Made by a program: the position numbers and the translations under genes. Of a stretch of DNA of 64,000 nt, positions 42,688 to 53,179 are shown piece after piece. Numbering within the stretch: the stretch's first letter is position 1; every line of letters starts with the position of its first letter. The notes under the pieces are model-generated. The model searched no databases. It was given only the letters and a program-made list of their open reading frames with translations, and was not told the DNA's origin. The stretch is from positions 192,001-256,000 of the forward strand of contig CBDEUM010000022.1 of assembly GCA_965242925.1 (NCBI GenBank), written 5' to 3'. Source of the stretch: Roseibacillus sp. (GTDB lineage: Bacteria > Verrucomicrobiota > Verrucomicrobiia > Verrucomicrobiales > Akkermansiaceae).

Positions 42688-43785
42688 ATGGACTCCCGCC
42701 CTGCAGATTCGCCCGATCCCCTGGAACCCCCCGCCAGTGCCGAAGCTCCCGCCCCCGACAACCCCGCCCCCGACAACCCCGCTTCGGATACCCTGCCTCC
42801 TGACGATGTCGCTGCCATCAATGAGCTGGGAAAGCTCTACCAGTCTCTCAAAGACGAGCTGGGCAAAGTCATCATCGGCCAGAATGAGGTGGTCGAACAG
42901 CTAGCCATCTGCCTCTTCTCCCGTGGCCACGCCCTCCTCATGGGCGTCCCCGGCCTGGCCAAGACTCTCCTCATTTCCAGCGTGGGCGAGTGCATGCATC
43001 TCTCCTTCAGCCGCATTCAGTTCACTCCGGACCTGATGCCGGCCGATATCACGGGTACCGACATCATTCAGGAGAGTGCCGTCACCGGAAAACGCGAGTT
43101 CGAATACATCAAAGGCCCCGTCTTTGCCAACCTCCTCCTCGCTGACGAGATTAACCGGGCCCCGGCCAAGACACAGTCAGCTCTCCTTGAGGCCATGCAG
43201 GAAAACAAGGTCACCGTCCTGGGTCGCACCTACGACCTCGACAAGCCCTTCTTCGTTCTGGCTACCCAGAACCCCATCGAGCAGGAGGGAACTTATCCGC
43301 TCCCCGAGGCACAACTTGACCGCTTCATGTTCCTCATCGAAGTCGACTATCCTTCCGAGGATGAAGAGCGCCGCATCGCCCGGGAAACTACCGGGGTTGA
43401 TCGCGAACCTCTCAACGCTATCATCACCGGTGAACAGGTTCTCAATTTCCAGCGACTGGTACGCCGCATGCCCGTTCCCGATCACATCTACGACTACGCC
43501 GTCGAGATCGTACGCAAGACCCGCCCCGCCTCCGATGATGCCTCCGCCTGGATCAAGGAATACGTAGGATGGGGAGCAGGCCCCCGGGCGGTTCAGTATC
43601 TCGTGCTGGGAGCCAAGGGTCGGGCAGCCCTGCGCGGAAACTATATGGCCTCTCTAGAAGACATTGAGGCCGTGGCCATCCCCGTCCTCTCCCATCGCGT
43701 TATCACCAACTTCGCCGCTGAGTCGCAGGGCATGACTTCCAAGAAAGTCGTCGAGCGCCTGATGGAGGAAATGAGGGAAGATTAG
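42688..43785 (+). CDS. MoxR-family AAA+ ATPase
   Basis: GVPGLAKT, RIQFTPDLMPAD, LADEINR and NPIEQEGTYPLPEAQLDRF. Confidence 0.96.
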   Translation: MDSRPADSPDPLEPPASAEAPAPDNPAPDNPASDTLPPDDVAAINELGKLYQSLKDELGKVIIGQNEVVEQLAICLFSRGHALLMGVPGLAKTLLISSVGECMHLSFSRIQFTPDLMPADITGTDIIQESAVTGKREFEYIKGPVFANLLLADEINRAPAKTQSALLEAMQENKVTVLGRTYDLDKPFFVLATQNPIEQEGTYPLPEAQLDRFMFLIEVDYPSEDEERRIARETTGVDREPLNAIITGEQVLNFQRLVRRMPVPDHIYDYAVEIVRKTRPASDDASAWIKEYVGWGAGPRAVQYLVLGAKGRAALRGNYMASLEDIEAVAIPVLSHRVITNFAAESQGMTSKKVVERLMEEMRED

Positions 43786-43872
43786 GGGACGCGGAACCCG
43801 GATGGGGGAACTCAGAGTCCGGACAATCGACTCTACGATGAGTAATCACAATCTTGAGAACCTCGAGGGGTC

Positions 43873-44772
43873 GTGAAATACGATTTCCTCGATTCCGATG
43901 TCCTCGCCCGCCTCGGGGCCCTGCCGGTCGAGGCCCGCCTGGCCATGATCGGGAACGTAGTGGGCAAGCACCGCTCGCCCCATCGTGGGTCCTCGGTGGA
44001 ATTCGCCGAATACCGAAAATACGTGGCGGGAGACGACACGCGTCGACTCGACTGGAAGGCTTACGCCCGCAGCGACCGCCACTACATCAAGGAGTTCGAA
44101 GCTGACACCAACCTGCGCGCCTATTTCGTGGTCGATTGCAGTGGATCCATGAAATACGCCTCCGGCGAATTCGACTCCAAGATCCAATTTGCCCGGAAAT
44201 TCGCGGGCACCATGGCCTACCTTCTCGTCAACCAGGGAGATTCCGCCGGACTGTCCTGCTGCGACGACACCCTGCACCTTGAATTACCTCCCAGCAGGCG
44301 ACCGGCCCACCTGCAGAACTTCTTCGAAGTTCTCGGCGAACTGGAACCCAAGGGAGAAACCGGCCTTGTGGATGCCCTCCATACCGTGGCGGAGAAAGTC
44401 GGGCAGCGCGCCTTCATCTTTATCCTCTCGGACCTCTTCTGCGACCCTGACGCCTTAGGTGACGCTCTCCAGCACCTTCGCTACCGTAAGCACGACGTGG
44501 CGGTCTTCCACCTCATGGATCCGCAGGAGATCGACTTCGATTTCACCCGACCCTACCGTTTTGTCGACCTCGAGGACGACACCTCCATCGTCGTGGAGCC
44601 CAATCTCATCGCCAACGAGTACACCTCCGCCATCCAGGAATTCCTCGTCGCGGTGGAGGCCAGGTGCCACGACGTACACGCAGACTACAACCTGGTCACC
44701 TCGGACCAGAACTACGAGGAGATCCTCCGCGACTTCCTTACAAACCGCTTGCCAAAAAAGGGGAACCGATGA
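43873..44772 (+). CDS. DUF58 domain protein
   Basis: GSSVEFAEYRKY..GDD.RRLDWK and DCSGSM. Confidence 0.93.
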   Translation: MKYDFLDSDVLARLGALPVEARLAMIGNVVGKHRSPHRGSSVEFAEYRKYVAGDDTRRLDWKAYARSDRHYIKEFEADTNLRAYFVVDCSGSMKYASGEFDSKIQFARKFAGTMAYLLVNQGDSAGLSCCDDTLHLELPPSRRPAHLQNFFEVLGELEPKGETGLVDALHTVAEKVGQRAFIFILSDLFCDPDALGDALQHLRYRKHDVAVFHLMDPQEIDFDFTRPYRFVDLEDDTSIVVEPNLIANEYTSAIQEFLVAVEARCHDVHADYNLVTSDQNYEEILRDFLTNRLPKKGNR

Positions 44773-44866
44773 ACCCGGCAAGATGCAATCGATTCCCGGT
44801 GAGCAGACTGACGCGCTCCGTTAATCCCCGACGAAGATCTCTTCCGGACTGTTCGCCGAAAATAAG

Positions 44867-46858
44867 ATGACTTTCCTCCAACAGGCAATGCTCTGGGGAC
44901 TCTTCGCGGTCTCCATCCCCGTCATCATTCACCTGCTGAACCGTCGACGCTTTCGCACCGTGGAGTGGGGCGCAATGCAGTTCCTCCTCAAAGCCACCAA
45001 GGAATCGCGAGGCAAGAAACGCCTCAAGCACTTCCTCATCCTTCTCATGCGCTCCCTGGCCATCGCAACGCTGGTTTTCGCCATTGCCCGCCCCCTGGCA
45101 GGAGGCTTCTTCGGCTGGGGGGGAGGCAAGGTGGAAACCGTTATCCTGATCCTCGACCGCTCCGCCAGCATGGAACGTGCGGAAAAGGACATCCAGGTGA
45201 CCAAGCGTAAGAGCGTGCTCTCCCAGGTGGCCGGGGCCATGGGGGAACTGAACGGCGCCCGCCTCGTCCTCATCGACAGCGCCACCGGCAAGGCCCAGGA
45301 GGTCCCGTCCCCCGATGCCCTCCCGGAACTCTCCTTCACTGCAGCCACCGACTCGGCTTCGGACATCCCCGGTATGCTCGTAACCGCTCTCGATTACATC
45401 AAGGAAGCCAAACCGGGCCGTACGGAGATCTGGGTGGCCTCCGACCTGCAGAAGGAGAACTGGGCACCCGACGACAATCGCTGGGAGGCCTTCCGCGCCA
45501 CCCTGAGCGAAGAGGAGTTTCAGGCCAAGCTGCGTATCCTCGCTCTCAATGGCCGCGAACGCAATGATTTCGCCATCCGTGTGCTCTCCGCCCGCCGGGA
45601 AACCGGGGAACTGGTTCTTGATCTCGAACTGAACCGCGAGGAAGACACCGGACCAACTGCTGTCACGGTCAGTATCGATCACATGGGCGCCCGCTCCGGC
45701 AGCGAGGTTGCCTTCAACGGCCAGAGCCAGCGCTTCCAGAGACGTCTCCCCCTCGAAGGTGCAACGGGGGAGGGATATGGATGGGTCTCCATCGCCGACA
45801 ACGCCAACAAACGCAATAACCTCTCCTACTATGCCTACGGCAGGGAAGCGCCCATCCACTCCTACCTTGTGGTCGAAAACTCCACTGATGAGGAAACAGT
45901 TAAGTCCCTGACCAAGTCGCTCGCCCCCGGCTTTGCCAACCAGGAGGTGAGCGTCCGCAATCCCAACCTCGCCCACCAGATCAACTATGAGTCCGCTTCA
46001 CTCATCGTATGGAAGGCCCCCCTCCCTGGACCACCGGTCTCCAACCAGCTGTTCGACTACGTGAAAAAGGGCGGCGTGGCGCTCTTTCTACCGCCTGCCG
46101 ATGACTCGGAAACCTCTTTTGGCGGGCTTTCCTGGAACTCCATCACGGAAGCTCCCAAGGAAAAGTTCTTCATCGTCAACGACTGGGAACGTGGTGAGGG
46201 CGCCTTCCGTGACTCCCTTGACGGTTCCCCACTGCCCATGGACCGCATTCGTGCCATCAAGCGCCGGGGCATCCTCGGCGATTATACTACCCTGGCAAGC
46301 TGGATAGACAACGAGCCCCTCCTCGCCCGCCGCGTGATCGAGGCCGGCCAGATCCTCTTCCTCTCCACCCTGCCCAGCTACACCTGGTCAAACTTCGAAC
46401 AGACTGCACTCCATCTGGTGGCCCTCCAGCGCACTCTGGACGAAGGCAGCCGACGGCTCGGGGCGGGCTTCTTTGGCACCGCCGGCGAGGAGTCCTCCCA
46501 ACCGGTGGGAGACGAGATTCGCAGCCGCATCGATTCCCATGCGGATAGCGACCCAGGCGATACCACGTTCCAAGCCGGCGTCTATCGTCTCGGTGAACGC
46601 ACCGTAGCGGTAAACCGCCCCGCTACCGAGGATTCCCTCGAAGTGCTCACCAGCGTCGATCTGGAAACCGCCCTTGCCGACACGGGCTACAGCCTCCTTG
46701 AGGAACAGGACGCCTCCAGTGACAGCAGCCTGTCCCGTCCGATCTGGCGGGCCTTCCTCATCGCCATGCTCCTCTTCCTCATTCTGGAGGCTCTCCTCTG
46801 TCTCCAGCCCCGTCGCGTCGATTCCAAGACGGCCCCCTCACCCCTGCCAACCTCCTGA
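44867..46858 (+). CDS. BatA N-terminal domain/VWA membrane protein
   Basis: IPVIIHLLNRRR..WGAMQFL, LDRSASM MIDAS motif and a C-terminal TM. Confidence 0.88.
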   Translation: MTFLQQAMLWGLFAVSIPVIIHLLNRRRFRTVEWGAMQFLLKATKESRGKKRLKHFLILLMRSLAIATLVFAIARPLAGGFFGWGGGKVETVILILDRSASMERAEKDIQVTKRKSVLSQVAGAMGELNGARLVLIDSATGKAQEVPSPDALPELSFTAATDSASDIPGMLVTALDYIKEAKPGRTEIWVASDLQKENWAPDDNRWEAFRATLSEEEFQAKLRILALNGRERNDFAIRVLSARRETGELVLDLELNREEDTGPTAVTVSIDHMGARSGSEVAFNGQSQRFQRRLPLEGATGEGYGWVSIADNANKRNNLSYYAYGREAPIHSYLVVENSTDEETVKSLTKSLAPGFANQEVSVRNPNLAHQINYESASLIVWKAPLPGPPVSNQLFDYVKKGGVALFLPPADDSETSFGGLSWNSITEAPKEKFFIVNDWERGEGAFRDSLDGSPLPMDRIRAIKRRGILGDYTTLASWIDNEPLLARRVIEAGQILFLSTLPSYTWSNFEQTALHLVALQRTLDEGSRRLGAGFFGTAGEESSQPVGDEIRSRIDSHADSDPGDTTFQAGVYRLGERTVAVNRPATEDSLEVLTSVDLETALADTGYSLLEEQDASSDSSLSRPIWRAFLIAMLLFLILEALLCLQPRRVDSKTAPSPLPTS

Positions 46859-46859
46859 C

Positions 46860-49106
46860 GTGAGTTTCAACATCGGTAATTTTCACTTCAGCGCCCCCCT
46901 GCCCGTCGCCATCACGGGCATCGCGGCCTGGTGCCTTATCCTGATCCTCTGTGTGGTTGCCTGGCGGCGCAGTGTGCGCCCGGGTCGTACCGGTCTCCTG
47001 GAGCTCCTTCGCCTCCTCTGCGGAACCGCGGCAGTCTTCTTCCTTCTCAATCCCGAGTGGCGCAAGACCATTGAACCAGCCAAACAACCGGAGATCGTCA
47101 TCCTGCACGACGGATCAGGCTCCATGACAACCGCCGATGCTCAGCTCCCTGAAGAACTGAACGAACGCCGCGAGGTAGTCACCCGCAACGAAATGTCCGA
47201 CGCCATTCTTGAGACGGAGTTCTGGAAACTTCTCGAGAAAGACGGCAGGAATCGCGTTTCGGTGGAATCCTTCTCCAATGCCCCGGAAAGCGAGGACCCC
47301 GAAGTCACGTCCCTTGCCGTAACCGACATCTACTCCGCCCTTGCCGACCTGGTGGATACCCGCCCCGATCTTCGCGCCGTTATCATGATCGGCGATGGCG
47401 ACTGGAATGCCCGGGACAAGCCCGCTCCGGTCGCGGCCGCTCAGAAAATGCGCCTCAAGGACATCCCGCTCTTCTCGGTGGTCACCGGTGCTCCTGCCCG
47501 CCTGCCGGATCTCGACCTCCTCCCCGTTAAAGCCCCCACTTACGGTATCGTGGGTGAGAACGTGCAGATCCCGTTCACCATCGAGTCCTCCCTTGAGCGC
47601 GATGTCCGCACTATTGTCCGCATCCGTGACCAGACAGGCGTGGAGCGCACCAAGAATATCACCATCCCACGGGGAAGCACCTACTACGATGCCATCCTCT
47701 GGCGCCTGCAGAAGGAAGGCAGCTCCACCCTCGAACTCTCCATCCCCTTTGCCGACGGCGAACTGGTCGAGAAGAACAACCGCCGCAGGTTCAACATCGC
47801 AGGCCGTCCCGAATCGATCCGGGTCCTCGTCGTGGAGACCCTGCCACGGTGGGAATATCGCTTCATCCGCAACGCCCTCTCGCGGGATCCCGGCGTTGAT
47901 GTCGATTGCCTCCTCCTCCATCCGCAACTCGGGGAAGGCGACGGCCCCGACTATATCACCGCCTTCCCGGACAAACTGGAGGACCTGCAGAAATACGATG
48001 TCGTCTTCATCGGGGATGTCGGCATCGGAGACGGCATGCTCACCGGGGAGCAGGCCGAACTGTTGAAGGGCCTCGTCGAAAACCAGGCATCCGGCATTGT
48101 CTTCATTCCCGGTTGGCAGGGTCACCAGTTCAGCCTGCTTGATAACGAACTGGGCGGACTCCTCCCCGTTCTCCTCGACGAAGAAATGAAAACCGGCCAG
48201 GAGGAAGCCACCGATTCCCCTCTCTCGCTCACTACCGAAGGCCGTAGTTCGCTCCTCACCATGCTGGGCGACACCGAGGAGGAAAACCCCACCATCTGGC
48301 GGAGCCTGCCAGGCTTTTACTGGCATGCACCTGTCATCCGTGCCAAGAGCGGAACCGAGGTTCTTGCAGTCCATGCCAACCGCCGGCATCCCAAGTACGG
48401 ACACCGCGTCCCCCTCATTGTGACCAGCCGCGCCGGCAACGGGAAAGTCCTCTTCATGGGCATCGATTCCGCCTGGCGCTGGCGCCGCGGCGTGGAAGAC
48501 CTCTACCACTACCGCTTCTGGGGACAGGTTGCCCGCTGGATGTCCTACCAGCGCAATATGGCCGCGGGAGAGCGCGTCCGACTCTATTTCACTCCTGAGC
48601 GTCCCTCCCCCGGCGAAAACGTGACCCTCAACGCGAATGCCTTCCAGGAAAACGGCGCCCCCCTGCAGGATGGAACGGTTCTCGTTGACCTGACCGCTCC
48701 CGATGGAAGCGTACGCCGATTCGAACTGGCCAAGGAGGATGACTCATGGGGCACCTTCACCGGGCGCTTCAAAGTCACCATGCCCGGGGACTGGCAGATT
48801 ACCGCCCGGACATCCGAGAGCGAAAAGGGCGCGGTCCGGACCCGAATCATTGCAGAGGGAACCCAGATCGAAAAAACGGGCCACCCTGCCCGCCCGGATG
48901 TGCTGGCCGAGCTCTCCCGCGTTTCACGTGGCAAACTGGTCGAAGCCTCCCAACTCAAAGCCCTGGCTCAGGAAATCTACGACCTCCCGGAACCTCGACC
49001 CCAGATTATTCCCGAATCCCAGTGGGACAAGTGGTACATCGCCGCAGCCCTTGTCGGCCTGCTCTCCGTTTTCTGGATCGGAAGGAAGCTCAACGGCACC
49101 TTCTAA
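46860..49106 (+). CDS. VWA plus glutamine-amidotransferase-like membrane protein of the MoxR/Bat cluster
   Basis: N-terminal TMs, DGSGSM, PRWEYRFIRNAL and SAWRWR..YHYRFW; GTG 46860 directly follows the upstream stop. Confidence 0.8.
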   Translation: MSFNIGNFHFSAPLPVAITGIAAWCLILILCVVAWRRSVRPGRTGLLELLRLLCGTAAVFFLLNPEWRKTIEPAKQPEIVILHDGSGSMTTADAQLPEELNERREVVTRNEMSDAILETEFWKLLEKDGRNRVSVESFSNAPESEDPEVTSLAVTDIYSALADLVDTRPDLRAVIMIGDGDWNARDKPAPVAAAQKMRLKDIPLFSVVTGAPARLPDLDLLPVKAPTYGIVGENVQIPFTIESSLERDVRTIVRIRDQTGVERTKNITIPRGSTYYDAILWRLQKEGSSTLELSIPFADGELVEKNNRRRFNIAGRPESIRVLVVETLPRWEYRFIRNALSRDPGVDVDCLLLHPQLGEGDGPDYITAFPDKLEDLQKYDVVFIGDVGIGDGMLTGEQAELLKGLVENQASGIVFIPGWQGHQFSLLDNELGGLLPVLLDEEMKTGQEEATDSPLSLTTEGRSSLLTMLGDTEEENPTIWRSLPGFYWHAPVIRAKSGTEVLAVHANRRHPKYGHRVPLIVTSRAGNGKVLFMGIDSAWRWRRGVEDLYHYRFWGQVARWMSYQRNMAAGERVRLYFTPERPSPGENVTLNANAFQENGAPLQDGTVLVDLTAPDGSVRRFELAKEDDSWGTFTGRFKVTMPGDWQITARTSESEKGAVRTRIIAEGTQIEKTGHPARPDVLAELSRVSRGKLVEASQLKALAQEIYDLPEPRPQIIPESQWDKWYIAAALVGLLSVFWIGRKLNGTF

Positions 49107-49145
49107 CGCCCCCTTTCCCCGGCGTAGTCCGGCAGGGAAGCCGAA

Positions 49146-50090
49146 TCAAATCCCCGCCTTGCCCTGCTTGAAGAGCTCTCGCGCCTCTTCCAGATCACGC
49201 CGGATCTGCTTCTTCAACTCTTCCTGGTCCTTGAACTTCTTTTCTGATCGCAACCGCAACCCGAAATAAACCTCCACCCCGGCCTCGTAGAGATCGCCCT
49301 CGAAATCCAGAAGGTGCACCTCCAGGAGACGCCGTTCCCCGTTCACTGTGGGCCTCACCCCCAGGTTCGCCACCCCCCGGTGTGTTTCCCTCTCCTCTCC
49401 AATGGTGGCGGTGACCGCGTAGACCCCGTCAGGTGGCAACTGCTGGTTTCCCAGCATGATGTTGGCCGTGGGCGCGCCCAGTTTGCGACCCAACTGCTCG
49501 CCGCGCACCACCGTCCCCATCACAGTGTAAGATCGTCCAAGCATTCCCGAAGCCGCTCGCAGGTTTCCATCGCGCAACGCCCGGCGCAAACACGTACTGC
49601 TGATCCGCTCCCCCTTCAACATGACCGGCGGCACGGCAGTCACCTCTACCCCGTGGGGTTTGCCCAGTCCCCGCAGGAGATCCATCGTTCCCCGCCGCTC
49701 CCGTCCGAATTTCCAGTCCTCGCCTGCCACCACCTGCCGCAGGGCCGCCACCGAAAAAAGGTGTTCCCCAAATTCCTCCGCCGACTGGCGCGCCATTGTC
49801 TCGTCAAAGCGCAATACCAGCAGCACTTTCACCCCCAGGGATGCCAGGAGACGCTCCTTGTGTTCCAGCGACACCAGAATCCGCCGGGGAGCCCGCCCGG
49901 GGGCCAATATCTGGATGGGATGCGGTTCAAGGGTCAGCACTCCTGCCACGCCCCCGCTCCTGCCTGCCCCTTCCACTGCCGTTCCGATCACCGCCTGATG
50001 CCCCAGATGCAGGCCGTCAAACACTCCCATGGCGAGGTGCAGAGGTCCTTGAACCTCTTCCAATTCAGCAATGGTCGACAACCGTTTCAC
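49146..50090 (-). CDS. ribF: Riboflavin kinase/FAD synthetase
   Basis: GVFDGLHLGHQ, ISST, PTAN, GVRPT and LEVHLLDF. Confidence 0.97.
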   Translation of the reverse strand: MKRLSTIAELEEVQGPLHLAMGVFDGLHLGHQAVIGTAVEGAGRSGGVAGVLTLEPHPIQILAPGRAPRRILVSLEHKERLLASLGVKVLLVLRFDETMARQSAEEFGEHLFSVAALRQVVAGEDWKFGRERRGTMDLLRGLGKPHGVEVTAVPPVMLKGERISSTCLRRALRDGNLRAASGMLGRSYTVMGTVVRGEQLGRKLGAPTANIMLGNQQLPPDGVYAVTATIGEERETHRGVANLGVRPTVNGERRLLEVHLLDFEGDLYEAGVEVYFGLRLRSEKKFKDQEELKKQIRRDLEEARELFKQGKAGI

Positions 50091-50109
50091 TCTCCAACTG
50101 GAAACTCTT

Positions 50110-50835
50110 TCAAGCTCCCCGCATCAACGAAATCTCTGCCAGGCTCACCATTGAGTTGATCAACTCCTGGGCCTCCGTGTTCTTCAGGGTCTCCACCTTC
50201 ACCGCCCGATCGAGCGTAAACTCCCCCGACCGTGTGCGCCGCAGCGAAGAGAGATGGCCGCCACAACCCAGCGTGGATCCAATATCGTGCGCATAGCTCC
50301 GGACGTAGAATCCCTTTGAACAGTTCACCGTGAAGTCGATCTCGGGAATTGCGATCCGGGTAAGTTCATAGGCGGTCACGTAGACGGGCCGCGGATCCCG
50401 CTTCACTTCCTTCCCCTTGCGGGCGAGCTTGTAGAGAGGCACCCCATCCTTTTTGATCGCGGAGACCATGGGCGGGATCTGTTCGAATTTGCCCGAGTAT
50501 TGCTCGAATGCGGACCGAACATCGTCCTCGCTCACCCCCGTCACCTCCCGCTCCTCAATTACTTCCCCTTCCGCATCCTGTGTGCTGGTGGTCGACCCCA
50601 ACGTGACGGTGCCCACATACTCCTTGTCCTCGCTCATGAGAAGATCCTGAATCTTGGTCGCGCGACCCACCACCAGCATCAGGAGCCCTGTCGCCATCGG
50701 ATCCAGGGTCCCGCAATGGCCAATCTTCTTGATGCCCATGGATCGTCGCGCAATGGCAACCACGTCGTGGGAGGTCATCCCGGGATCCTTATCCACCAGG
50801 AGCACTCCACTTGGTACAATATTCGGTTCGTTCAT
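50110..50835 (-). CDS. truB: tRNA pseudouridine-55 synthase
   Basis: DKDPGMTSHD, GHCGTLDPMATG and CSKGFYVRS. Confidence 0.97.
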   Translation of the reverse strand: MNEPNIVPSGVLLVDKDPGMTSHDVVAIARRSMGIKKIGHCGTLDPMATGLLMLVVGRATKIQDLLMSEDKEYVGTVTLGSTTSTQDAEGEVIEEREVTGVSEDDVRSAFEQYSGKFEQIPPMVSAIKKDGVPLYKLARKGKEVKRDPRPVYVTAYELTRIAIPEIDFTVNCSKGFYVRSYAHDIGSTLGCGGHLSSLRRTRSGEFTLDRAVKVETLKNTEAQELINSMVSLAEISLMRGA

Positions 50836-51818
50836 TCGCTCAAAGGAGAGAGAGTTGCCTGCGCCACCCGCAGGAGCCGTGCGACCGCATCTTCCAGTGG
50901 CCCCTGCGTCCGCGCCCCAGCCGCCAGGGCATGGCCCCCGCCTCCAAACTGCGCACAAATGTCACACACGTTGACGGAGGAATCCTTGGAACGCAGCGAG
51001 AGCCGTACTTTCCCATCCGCCATCTCCTCCACAAAGGCGCAGACGAGAACCCCTCGGATCGCACGCAGGACGTCGATCAGCCCTTCACTGTCTCCTGCCT
51101 GCATTCCCACCTGTTCCTTTGTTTTGTGGGATAGTGTCCACCACGCAATCCTGCCATCGTCGGTTAACTGCGTGGTCTCAAGGAGCGCCCGCAGCAATTC
51201 CACTCTCCGATATGGATAATCGTGGTAAAGGCGTGCAGTCAGGGACGCGACATCAAGACCCCGACCCACCAGATCAGCCGCCATCCGGTGTGTGTGCACC
51301 GTCGTGTTGGAATACTGGAACGATCCCGTGTCAGTCGAGAGAGCAACATAGAGCGCATCACGCGCCACATCGGGCAGGGGCCACTCGAGCTCCCGGATAA
51401 GGCCGTAGAGAATCTCCCCCGTGGCGGCTGCACTGGAATCAATGAGCAAGTGGTCGCCATATTCTTCGTTCGAGATGTGGTGATCGATGTTAACCCAGAG
51501 CTTCCCCTCTCCCAGCACCTCAAGACACCCCGCGCCAAGGCGCTCCCGGTTTGCCGTGTCGAGCGCGATGACCACCTCGGTCTCTAGGGGTTCAGACGGA
51601 CGCTCGATCCCCTCCACGCCATTCAGAAAAAGCAGGTTATCCGGCACGCCATCCTCGTTGAGCGCACGGACCGATTTACCCAACGCTTCCAATACGGCCT
51701 TGAGCGCCACCTCTGACCCGATCGCATCACCATCGGGACGGGCATGACTCAGGAGCACGAAGTGCTCGTGTGTGGAGACAATCCTGAAAAGCCCGGATGC
51801 TGTGATCGGTTGACCCAT
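50832..51818 (-). CDS. nrnA: DHH/DHHA1 phosphoesterase (NrnA-like)
   Basis: HARPDGDAIGS, IDHH, DTGSF, SLRS and GGGHALAAG. Confidence 0.92.
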   Translation of the reverse strand: MGQPITASGLFRIVSTHEHFVLLSHARPDGDAIGSEVALKAVLEALGKSVRALNEDGVPDNLLFLNGVEGIERPSEPLETEVVIALDTANRERLGAGCLEVLGEGKLWVNIDHHISNEEYGDHLLIDSSAAATGEILYGLIRELEWPLPDVARDALYVALSTDTGSFQYSNTTVHTHRMAADLVGRGLDVASLTARLYHDYPYRRVELLRALLETTQLTDDGRIAWWTLSHKTKEQVGMQAGDSEGLIDVLRAIRGVLVCAFVEEMADGKVRLSLRSKDSSVNVCDICAQFGGGGHALAAGARTQGPLEDAVARLLRVAQATLSPLSE

Positions 51819-52045
51819 GGACGGTTGGAACGTTCAGCGGGAAGGGCGCGGATTGTCTACAACACCCGCAGGATCGCAAGCAAAAGTAGGGCTTTATGAA
51901 GGAGCCGCACCGGGGACCGGAAATCCGCGATTCCGGGCCTTCCTCTATCCCTTTCACCTGCCTGGTGTGCGACAACAGAAACCACCGTATCGTGAATCCG
52001 AAGTCCGGCGGACAAACGATGAGGATCAAGCCCTCAGGAGCCGGG

Positions 52046-53179
52046 CTACTGTTCCGGCGTCTTTTCCAGACCTTCGCCTTGAGTCCGCCCTTCCGCGGCT
52101 TCCTCGATCCCCAGCCGTTCGGCGCGAAGATACGCGGTCCGGGCTTCCTTCTCTTTTCCCATTTCAGTCAGGCATTTCCCGAATTCGAGGTGTCCATGGC
52201 CAAAATCCGGCCATGCCCGCAAGAGCTGCGAATAGGAGATCTCGGCAAGCTCCAGATTTTCCTGCTCACGGTAAAACTGGGCGAGATAGTAAAGGGCCAC
52301 CGCATTCTCAGGCTGATAGTTCAGGACACGGCGACAACGGTCTGCAGCCTCCTCGGTAACGCCCCCGTGGCGTTTCTCACCGGCAACCTGATAAGCGCTA
52401 TGGATCCAGAGGTCCCGGCTGTTGCTGTCAATGGCAGCCCCCATCAATTCCTCAAACAATTCGGCGATCTCCGGGGCCAGACGTTCCACCGAATCAACGA
52501 AAGCATCCACGATTTCATAAACGCTGAACCGGCTCAGGATTCCCTTGCCGGTGGCAAACTCCCTGTCGCTGAACAGCAGATTGCGCATTCGCGCGTGGAG
52601 CAGGTTGTAGGCGGTATCGGACAGGAAGATGCGGAAATGGTGGCCATCGCGGGAGTGAGACTCAATCCGTTTCGCCAGGTTGATCGCGTAGCCCTGCATC
52701 TTGAATCCGGATTCCAACTGCCTCGCCCAGACAGTCCCGAAATTAATCCCAACCGCAATCTCAGCCGCAGCCGAGCGGCGTTCTACCCGCTCCCGGTTAA
52801 AGGGGGATGCGAACCAGGCAGCCTTGAGCGTAATCCCGAGCGTTGCGAGAAGGTAAACATCATTTGAGGGCTTGGCAGTGTGCATGAAAAACACCAGCTC
52901 GTCACCTATCACAAAGTACTCGTAATCCCGGACTCGCTCATACTTCCCGCGCAGATAATGCTCAAAAAAATGCTCACACTGGACACGCACCACCTCGTGA
53001 AACGACTCAACGTAATCCGAATATTCCTTGAGCCCGAGAACACTGGCGAACACCGATGAATCGACCAGGTCCACGAACATGATTGCCGTGTCCAGGGGCC
53101 CTTCCCACTTTGGCTGACTGCCCGCTGGCGCGCTCACTTCCTCCCGGGATTCGCCCTCGCGCTTTGACGATGAACCCAT
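52046..53179 (-). CDS. Class III nucleotide cyclase domain plus C-terminal TPR repeats
   Basis: AIMFVDLVDS, IGDE, VGINFGTV, GYAINLAKRIES and GKG. TPR-like ALYYLAQFY..PDFGHGHLEFG. Confidence 0.85.
   Translation of the reverse strand: MGSSSKREGESREEVSAPAGSQPKWEGPLDTAIMFVDLVDSSVFASVLGLKEYSDYVESFHEVVRVQCEHFFEHYLRGKYERVRDYEYFVIGDELVFFMHTAKPSNDVYLLATLGITLKAAWFASPFNRERVERRSAAAEIAVGINFGTVWARQLESGFKMQGYAINLAKRIESHSRDGHHFRIFLSDTAYNLLHARMRNLLFSDREFATGKGILSRFSVYEIVDAFVDSVERLAPEIAELFEELMGAAIDSNSRDLWIHSAYQVAGEKRHGGVTEEAADRCRRVLNYQPENAVALYYLAQFYREQENLELAEISYSQLLRAWPDFGHGHLEFGKCLTEMGKEKEARTAYLRAERLGIEEAAEGRTQGEGLEKTPEQ

Noticed and set aside
42751..42780. 15-bp duplication (APDNP x2) in the MoxR N-terminus
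   Set aside because: Only two copies in a disordered leader; unremarkable.
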